A DNA stretch of 62,163 bases from contig NW_021832138.1 of assembly GCF_006345805.1 (NCBI RefSeq), positions 1 through 62,163 on the forward strand. Reading direction: 5' to 3'. The stretch is from Octopus sinensis. Lineage: Eukaryota. Of this stretch, positions 52,351-62,163 are shown in pieces (within the stretch, counting starts at the first letter, position 1; the number at the start of each line of letters is the position of its first letter). The notes beneath the pieces are model-generated. The model was given only the letters and a program-made list of their open reading frames with translations, was not told the origin of the DNA and made no database searches. Both the position numbers and the translations under genes were made by a program.

Positions 52351-52962
52351 ATAATATTTTAAACAGTTTGATTGTGATTCCGTGATACTTCAAGTTTCGC
52401 GGGCCACTAACGGAGCCTGGTCATTAAAAGTAGAGTAAAGACTGTACAGAGAGAGTAAAATACCAGATTTCTGATATGAGCTGAAACTCTACCCGTCACT
52501 ACTTCGAGTTTCACGTTTTTAACGTTCGCGGAGGAAATAAAGCAAATGAAATATCAGGAAACTGCTTAAAACTGACTGAAAGTATCAAACAATTGAATGC
52601 CGATCACGTATTACATAAAGCTAGATCACAGCTTTTAACACAAAGAAATGTTGTGGGTGGGGGATAAACTGTATGACACAAATTCTAAGAGCCAAGCCAA
52701 AATCACTCGGCCATGAAGCATCACTTACACTAGATGTGTCCTGAATTACTTTGACAGGACCCCTCATCTGGGATGCCACATGCTGTGATACCTTCTCCAC
52801 TGGCAACTAGGCTCCGCTGCTCGTCAGGCTGAGAAAAGCAAACTACGAAGGTATTGGTCACTCTCACAGGTTTATGGTGTAATCTGTGGCAGTGGAGACC
52901 TCCAGCGTTCTTGGTCCCCGGATCTTACCCCTTCTCATTGCTATCGGGGGGGGGGGGGGCTA

Positions 52963-53772
52963 GGATCTCTTCAGTTTCGCACACAGATTGCATTTTTTTT
53001 TAACTAAACAGTTTGAAACTTCGTATACTGGTATAATTACTCATGCTGAACACGGTTTACTTTCAACATTTTGGACAAAACTTCGTATTTTAGAAGTTCT
53101 TTTGTGTTAAAGTATTTGGGTAATTTTAACCAATCAACGACGTGTATTCAGTTGAAGAAAGCTACGGCTGTTTGCCCCAGTAATCGAAGAATAACAACTT
53201 CCGGGTCAAGGGCAAAGGGAAAGTGTTACTCCTTGTCATAGCTGACACAAAATAGAAACCTTCAGCCGCAAGAAAAACGATGCCACCTTTATCCTTTCTT
53301 CCTTTCTAGTCAGCACGTTGCATTCCTTACTCTTTCTCTCTCTACTGGCAGACAACAACTTCTACACTATCAACTACCAACCAGCGAGCGAACTTGTCAC
53401 TGCCACTACAGTTATTGCTGTATCTCTAAATACATGTCGGGCAAACGAATAAATATATGTAAATAATATTTCTTCCTTCTTGGTGTTGATTCTTCGATGT
53501 TTACTGGTTACTCCGACGCGAGAAGCCCCCTCCCCCCAAAAAGCAAAACATGTAATATGCAACACAGGCAGTAAACAAAAATAAAATAGAACAGAGTAGT
53601 GACATTTAGTAGAGATGACCTGGAAGTTGTTGCTCTACGATCACCATGGCAAATAGCTTTCTTGAACTGAATACACGTCGCTGATTGATTAAAATTACCC
53701 AAATACGACAACTTTAGCATTAAATAACTTCTAAAATACGAAATTTTGTCTAAAATGTTGAAAGTAAACATG
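52963..53772. mobile_element. Long-TIR MITE related to the Merlin-like family; outer part of right TIR missing
   Basis: 53055-53208 is the reverse complement of 53616-53769. The left end starts ggatct and shares aacttcgtatactggta with the 4447 and 61401 elements. Confidence 0.7.
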
Positions 53773-54075
53773 GGCACATGACCTAGTGGTTAGAGCAGCG
53801 GACTCGCGATCGAGGGATCGTGGGTTCGAATCTCAGACCGGGTGATGTGTGTGTTTATGAGCGAAAACACCTAACCTCCACGTAACTCCGGCAGAAGGTA
53901 ATGGCGAACCTCTGCTGACTCTTTCACCACAACTTTCTCTCACTCTTTCCTCCTGCATCTTGCAGCTCACCAGCGACGGACCGGCGTCCCGTCCAGGTGG
54001 GGAACCTATACGCCAAGGAAACCGGGAAACCAGCCCTTATGAAGTAGGCGTGGCTCGAGAAGGAACAAAACAAAA
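53772..54075 (+). mobile_element. Full-length tRNA-headed SINE, family C
   Basis: Box A-like tgacctagtgg (53779), box B gttcgaatc (53824), V-SINE-like block gcgacggaccggcgtcccgtccagg, (AAAAC)n tail. Confidence 0.88.
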
Positions 54076-54759
54076 ACAAAAACAATACATGCATATATGT
54101 GTGTGAGTGTGAGTGTGTGCGCGCGCGCGCGCGCGCGCGCGTGTGTGTGTGTGTGTTAGTGATCGTATATCGTGTTATTAATAAATACAAATTAACATTA
54201 ATCTTAAGGGTTATTCAATAATTTGTAGAACAGTACATGCTTATTAAACTTCCACAAGGAAACGTCTGACAATGGCTTCGAAGTTTCAACTGGCTCGCCT
54301 TCGTCGGCTTATACACACACGCGCGCGCGCGCACACACACACACACACACATACATACATGTACATACACAGATAGATAGAGAGAAACAGAAAGAGACAG
54401 AGAGGCGAGAGAGAGAGAGAGGGGGGGAAGAGAGACAGACAGACAGATAGATAGACAGACACCGCACACAGAATTAATACAAGAATACGATAGAATAACC
54501 GAAATACAAAATGACAACAACAACACCAACAACAACAATAATGATGTCGACATATTCTGTAAGAGTACACGATCTAAAGACATCGTCTCTTCGTATCTGT
54601 CTTCGTTGTTTATTTATGATTCATTCTTCGAAATAAAAATAGTTTCAAAGAATCATTCAGGTTGTCAGACAATCTACCGCTGTTCTCAGTATTTTCCGTG
54701 AAAGCTGCGTAAGACGTCATATAATTTTCTAATGACGTGGACAGAGGTGTTATTTGAGG

Positions 54760-54790
54760 TTCGGATGTGCGTGTGCCTGTATGTGTGTAT

Positions 54791-54829
<39 letters not shown>

Positions 54830-54835
54830 TGGTGT

Positions 54836-54877
<42 letters not shown>

Positions 54878-55200
54878 TGTGCATGTGTGTGCGCGTGTGT
54901 GTGCGTGTGTGTGTGAGCGTGAGTGTGCATGTGTGTGTGCATGTGTGTGTGCATGTGTGTGTGCATGTGTGTGTGTATGTGTGTGTGTATGTGCGTGTGT
55001 ATTGGTGTTTTCTGTGTGTGCGTGTGTGTGTGTGCATGTGTGTGTGTGCGTGCGTGAGTGTGTGTGCATGTGTGTGTGTGTGTGCATGTATGTGAGTGCA
55101 TGTGTGTGTGTGTGCATGTGTGTGAGTGCATGTGTGCGTGTGCATGTGTGTGTTCATGTGTGTGTGTATGTGTGTGTGTAAGTGTGTGTGAGCACCCGCT
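54760..55200. repeat. Compound (GT)n/(GCATGT)n repeat
   Basis: Includes a duplicated gtattggtgttttctgtgtg unit at about 54825 and 54998. Confidence 0.92.
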
Positions 55201-55283
55201 CGTTCGGAAATTACAGCTACATAGACAATTGATTACGCATAGCGAGATATTTCATATAAAACTGTACTGTATGACTTTATTAA

Positions 55284-55323
<40 letters not shown>

Positions 55324-55560
55324 CTTTTTCTTTCTTTCTTTCTTTTTCTCTCACAAACACCTACATGTATATGCACATATATAGGTGCATAGAGCAGGAG
55401 TGGGTGTGTGGTTGAAAAGATACCTCATAACCATTTGGTTTTGTTCCAGTTCGTGACATCTTGGGCAAGTTACTCAGGAAGTTTTATCAAACACATGCCT
55501 GAAGACCCAGGCGCAGGAGTGGCTGTGTGGTATATATGTATGTATATATGTATATATTTA

Positions 55561-55660
<100 letters not shown>

Positions 55661-55710
55661 ATCTATCTATCTATCTATCTATCTATATATATATATATAT
55701 TGTTATATTT

Positions 55711-55790
55711 CGGAATGGTCATTTTGCCAGTTTAGCCAATAAAAACACACGCGCTATATATTTGGTGTTACTTTGCTTCAGTGTTATTTA
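55711..55790 (-). mobile_element. Terminal fragment of the same pLTR family as 15280-15350
   Basis: ttgccagtttagccaat.aaaacacacgc.ctatatatttggtgtt is shared. Confidence 0.7.
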
Positions 55791-55899
55791 TTTTTTACAT
55801 TAATCTTAATTATATATATATATATATATATAGTGGCTGCTTTCTCGTATACCACCAAACCCATTGCTAGATAGAATCATTGAAATGAGTCATTGAGAA

Positions 55900-56075
55900 T
55901 GCAATGTGAGGCCCTTATACGACTTTTGAGCCCCGTGAAAGAATTGCACATTTTAGTGCATAATGCACAGTTGTGCTGGCTGATAGACGGAACCGGTGCC
56001 ACGGTTTGATGTCTTTTGACGTGTCTTTTTAATCCTTCAACTGAACGACACACCTTTGCACAGGTTGCACATGTT
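55900..56075 (-). pseudogene. RTE-clade LINE ORF2 C-terminal double zinc finger remnant
   Basis: TCATCAKVCRSVEGLKRHVKRH...NCALCTKMCNSFTGLKSRIRASH fits the RTE pattern C-x2-C-x3-C-x-S-x2-GL-x2-H and lacks TGEKP linkers. Confidence 0.65.
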
Positions 56076-56155
56076 CTATTGTAAGCAACAGCTGTATCAC
56101 AATTTACTAGGTGTCAATTCCTGTGTATATATATATATATATATTATTTCTTTCG

Positions 56156-56189
<34 letters not shown>

Positions 56190-56739
56190 ATAACTTTAAA
56201 ATAAGGGTGAAAAATTGAATATTAATTTGATTAATATTAATTTAAAACCAGTGGTCTAGCATATTAAAATTTGAAGATACAGAAAACATAGTTATTTGAA
56301 TTTAAAAATAATAAGTATGCAATATATAATAACTAATATATAAATATTATCGAACACACATGCACAATGTATGTGCTTTGCTAGTTCACCGATTGGCAGC
56401 GAATTGATGCAGTAGAGATGATTCTACCAAAGCACCAGGTGTTAAGACACCTGGAAGTTATAGTCATAGGCAGGCGAAATAACTCGACCCATGTCCCATT
56501 CAGGAGCGATGGACATCGCTGGTGTCGCTATTTTTGTGGCTTATCAACATCATGTACCAAAACCGAAGTGGAGGCAAACTGAATATCCTGGCCATGAATA
56601 TATGTAAAATAGTGTCAAAAACTATTTGATAGTATGCCCGAACGATGCAGACATATAAATTAAATTCAAATATAAATTAGAAACAGCGTGAGTGTTGTAA
56701 ACATTAACGAACACACATACACGATATATGTGCCTTGCT

Positions 56740-57055
56740 GTTTCGCCTACGACTCATTAAGTTCCCGATGAACCACTCTTTCTGCAACATTCCCATTTTT
56801 ACTTACCTCTACCCTCACCATCATCCTTTTCCTTCTCCTTTCTGAACGCCCGCTCCTATAACTTCTGTTTCACGTTAGCAGCCCTTGTTATTCTGCGTCC
56901 ATTATCAGTTGCACCTAGTTTTTCAAGCTGAGAGGATGTAAACTCTGTTTGCCTTTTTTCTCTTTATCGTCTCCTTTTCTCTGTCCCCTGACAAAGGATT
57001 GAATCCGAAACGTTGGATATTTCATAATCACGGCAAGTTCACTGTACCACTTTCA

Positions 57056-57060
<5 letters not shown>
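56740..57060 (+). mobile_element. Probable Penelope 3' UTR with a minimal hammerhead at 56986-57016
   Basis: Pyrimidine-rich tract followed by CC-CUGACAA-A-GGAU(UGA)AUCC-GAAAC-GUU-GG; G8 is changed to A; palindromic AACGUU stem III. Confidence 0.55.
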
Positions 57061-57100
<40 letters not shown>

Positions 57101-57379
57101 TATTATTAGATAATAACTCGTATGGAATACACCTATTAGCTTACCGGTAAAGCACGTTCACTTTCACAGTGTTTGTTGAGTATTTGATTAATGAGTGATA
57201 GGGAAGATAGAAGATACGAGAATTTATCGATCGATTGCTTCGTCCAATCTAGCATCGATCCCTTACGGGTGGGATACTGAACAACTGGTTTAAGAGTATC
57301 CGTCGGTGTAGATGTGTCTCTTCAAGTGATTACAAGATGTATCTCGTAAAAATAACGCGCACGCGCGTGTGAATGTGTA

Positions 57380-57530
57380 ACAGACTTTCCGTCTACCAAA
57401 TTCACTCACAAGGCATTGGTCGGCACACGGCTATTGTAGAATACTAGAAGACAATTGCCTAAGGTGCTGCGTAGTGCGACTGAATCGGAAATCACGTGGT
57501 TGCAAAAGCGTGCTTCTTAACCAAACGGCA
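57380..57530 (-). mobile_element. Degenerate SINE family A, 5' half
   Basis: tttccgtctaccaaattcactcacaaggcattggtcgg...agaagacaattgcctaaggtgctgcg. Confidence 0.7.
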
Positions 57531-58075
57531 TACTTGAAAGGATGACAATCTAAATAACTAAAAAATATTAAAAAAATTCAAGTGGAATTTTTTCCAATGG
57601 AATATTTGTTCTTTAGTGAGTTACAAATACTCCCACAATGCACGTTAGAAATGCATGGAAAATGTGGCCACTCAGTGGGAAACCTTTAACCAACGGCGCC
57701 AGTGTTCACAACTCTTTACTGTGCATGCTCATTCTCTGACCAGACTTATAATCTTCCTATTCTTGTTGTTTAGCTCACCTCAGTATCTCTGTTCACTCAC
57801 CTGTAATTAACTGGTTGCTACAAGAAACTTTTATTCCAAGTAAACATAGGTATATTATTTATCTCATTGGTGTGAGTATGCGTATATATATATGTGTATG
57901 TGTGTATCTATATGTAAGTACTATATTTATGTGTATAGACATGTGAATACATATATGTATACATATGTACATACGAGAGTTGTGTATATGTATATACATA
58001 TACATGCATACATACATACATAATACTTATTAAAACTATATATATATGTATATATATATATATATATTATATATA

Positions 58076-58128
<53 letters not shown>

Positions 58129-58545
58129 TATTACACATATATACATATACATACATACATACATACATACTACATACAACATCATACATACATACATACA
58201 TATATACACACACACATATATATATATTTAAAGGTGAATAAGAGAAAATGGATTGAACGACATTCCTTATTTCATATCACTACAATGTATATATTGTTTG
58301 TATGTGTGTGTATGTGTGTGTGTTTGTGTATGTGTTTGTGTGTGTGTATATACATATAAATATGACATGGATACACACACACACACACACATTACTTATC
58401 AGGGTATTTCTTCTGCTACACTTGATATATTTGCTCGTATCTAACATTGTTAGAACTGTTTTCTTCTTTATGATATAAACACCCACAACTGTATATGGAC
58501 ACATAAACACTCACAGGCACACACAAACATGCGTGTACTTATATG

Positions 58546-58592
<47 letters not shown>

Positions 58593-58593
58593 T

Positions 58594-58624
<31 letters not shown>

Positions 58625-58744
58625 AGATTATATATATATATATTATATATATATATATATAATGTATATATAGATATTATATGTATATATATATATAATA
58701 TGTATATATATATATATATGTTATAGATATATATAATGTATATA

Positions 58745-58788
<44 letters not shown>

Positions 58789-58826
58789 TATTATATATAT
58801 ATATATATATATTTATGTCTGTATAA

Positions 58827-58878
<52 letters not shown>

Positions 58879-60014
58879 TAATAATACAACAACAGCAATG
58901 ATAATAACAAGAAGACGAAGAGGACGAAGAAGAAGAAGAAAAAGAAAGGAAACGAAAACAAGATATTTGTACATAACCTTATGCGTTCGTACTTATATCA
59001 ATCCACCATCCATTCATGCATATGTATATATGCATTCACACATGCATACATGCGTGCATGTATGCAAACTTACATTCATATATATATAAACATACATACA
59101 AATGTGCATATGTTCATACGTACATGTATGCATGTACGTACTTGCATACATACATACAAACATACACACATAAATACATACAAACAGACACACAGACAGA
59201 AAGGCAGATTGACAAACAGACAGTCAGACATGGGTTTTTCCTTTCTGTTTGTCCGAGCTCTTATCTATAAGTAAAAAGAAAGCAGAAACACATTTAAGGT
59301 TTCTTTATTCTACATTCTATATTTAAAAGTTGAAGAGGAAAGTACAAACAAACTTAACTAAAGAATGTTTATCCAATTTTTAAGTGAAGCATAAAACACT
59401 GCAATCTGTAAATGTTTTTCTCTACAGCGCGACGACCATTTTCTGTCGTCTGCAAAGAGTGAAAAATGAACGCCTGACTAAATTGATCGTCAGATACGTT
59501 CAAGAAGCTACAGAAAAGAAAAACAAACTTGCCTCACGTAGACGGCAGTGAAAACTACTTCCGTTTGCTAGCTGTGTGATAAAAAGATACTTTGTTTCCA
59601 AAATATCTGTCGTGCTTTTCAGATATTTTGTGGATTATAAAGGACGACTTAAACAACCATTATCGTTTTCGCCTTCAGTTTTCTCCCACATTCTCTCTCT
59701 CTTTCTCTCTCTCCCCTCTCTCTCTCTCTCTGTCATTCTCTCTAGCCCCCTCTCTTTCCTGCGTACTCTGCTTTTCTTTATTATCTATTCCTCTTATAAT
59801 CTGTATTATTGCATCACTTTTCTAACAACCTCTTTTGATCCCTGGCTATTTGCTTTTCACTTTTCACCACCTCGCTCTCTTCCCCTCTTCCTCTCACTAT
59901 CCATTTCTATCACTTCCTCTCGCCATCTTTTTTTTTTCCCGGTGAGATATCTTTCCCTCTTCATCTCGATCTCACAATTACACTAGCATTTTTTCACATG
60001 AATATTTTCCGATC

Positions 60015-61105
<1,091 letters not shown>

Positions 61106-61144
61106 ATGCCTGTATATGCATGGCGAATTGGTAAAATCATTAGT

Positions 61145-61330
61145 GCATTAGAAAAATGCTTTGCGTTATTTGTTTCGGTTCTTTACTTCCTGAGTTCAAA
61201 TCCCGCATTAGTCTACCTTACTTTTCTTTCTTTCGGGTTCGATAATATACAGTACTATTTTAAGAACTAGAATCGCTGGTATAGACCCAACCTGCCCCTT
61301 AAAATCGCTGGCCTTGAGACTGAATTAGAA
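61145..61330 (+). mobile_element. Old, degenerate SINE family B copy
   Basis: gaaaaatgcttt...ctgagttcaaatcccgc...ctttcgggttcgataa...gccttgagactgaattagaaa. Confidence 0.55.
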
Positions 61331-61400
61331 AATAATTATGTTCGGATGTGTATGCATGTCTGTACGTATCTATGTATTTTATCAGAAATTATGTAAGGTT

Positions 61401-61847
61401 GGATCTTTTCGGTTTGAACGGCAGTTTTTGACATAATTTCTAGGAAACTAAAAAATTTTAACTTCGTATACTGGTAGAATGTGTTTATAAAACATCTTTT
61501 TCTCTTGGATTTATTGAGAAAATTCTATAATTTGTAAGATATTTGTTGTTGTTTTTTTCTGCAATTTCTGCAATTTCAACCAATCAAATACGTCTATTGA
61601 GGTAAAAAAAAAAACAAAAACATTCTGTGCCGTATGAATATGTCCCTTGTTTAAGAAACAGATTGGGTTTATTTACATTTGTGAAGAAAAAAAAGATACC
61701 CTTCCCCCACCCCTAACCCTAACCCTAATCCTAACCCTTACCCTAAAACAGATTGAAATGCAATAGATCGATACTAGGGTCATAATTATGGGTGACAATT
61801 TCATATGACACCGCTAGGAAAAACTGCCGTTCAAACCGAAAAGATCC
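61401..61847. mobile_element. Intact 447-bp MITE, probably Merlin superfamily
   Basis: Perfect 29-bp TIRs (61401-61429 and 61819-61847), exact 8-bp TSD gtaaggtt (61393-61400 and 61848-61855), internal (CCCTAA)-like run at 61711-61746. Confidence 0.9.
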
Positions 61848-62163
61848 GTAAGGTTTTCTTCACAGAATTTAATTCAGACACTAACAAAGTGACAAGGCTA
61901 TTGGGTCAAGAAAGCTCACGGGACTGGGATTTAGGAATATGAGAGACAGATACTTTGCGCATATTTATTGTTGCATTTGTAAATGTATATATAAATTCAA
62001 AGTGACACTCATGTTATGAGTATGCATGTTTCTTTAGTATACGAGTGCGTATGTTTGGTTGATTTGTTATTGCGTATATGTCAAATATTCATGTGACAAC
62101 GTGTAAAATTTCCTATCATAAAATTCAAACAAAGCAATCGTTCGGATATTTTATAAATCTTCG

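Noticed and set aside
53772-53845. tRNA gene
   Set aside because: Box A and box B are present, but the sequence runs on into a SINE body and tail, and the acceptor stem does not close.
59428-59551. Candidate terminal exon after tttttctctacag (ATTIFCRLQRVKNERLTKLIVRYVQEATEKKNKLASRRRQ*)
   Set aside because: A good acceptor but only 40 codons, no recognisable family and no upstream exons; within chance expectation.
61711-61746. True telomere or chromosome-fusion site
   Set aside because: Only about six degenerate units, and they lie inside a TIR/TSD-bounded element.

Overview
This is AT-rich eukaryotic DNA with an extreme microsatellite load. The repeat repertoire points to an octopod cephalopod (Octopus sp.); that is an inference from repeat families, not a database hit. 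I found no convincing intact host protein-coding gene, rRNA, genuine tRNA gene or CRISPR array, and most of the ORF track is translated simple repeat. The window is a layered transposon graveyard. Retroelements: at least three tRNA-headed SINE families, several Penelope-like (GIY-YIG) remnants with minimal hammerhead ribozyme motifs, CR1, RTE and R4/Dong LINE 3' ends, and a solo LTR. DNA elements: mariner, Tc1 and Tigger/pogo transposase pseudogenes, two non-autonomous Helitrons and several MITEs. Best leads: (1) a 944-bp L1/Tx1-like element bounded by an exact 15-bp TSD inside a SINE tRNA head, with an intron-like 5' leader; (2) an unidentified frameshifted coding relic at 43.1-44.5 kb containing a 225-codon open frame; (3) a Penelope element with inverted hammerhead-bearing terminal repeats; (4) a Merlin-like MITE carrying telomeric repeats; (5) a fold-back mariner with a snap-back hairpin at its junction. 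None is shown to be a new biological system; each needs database or expression checks.
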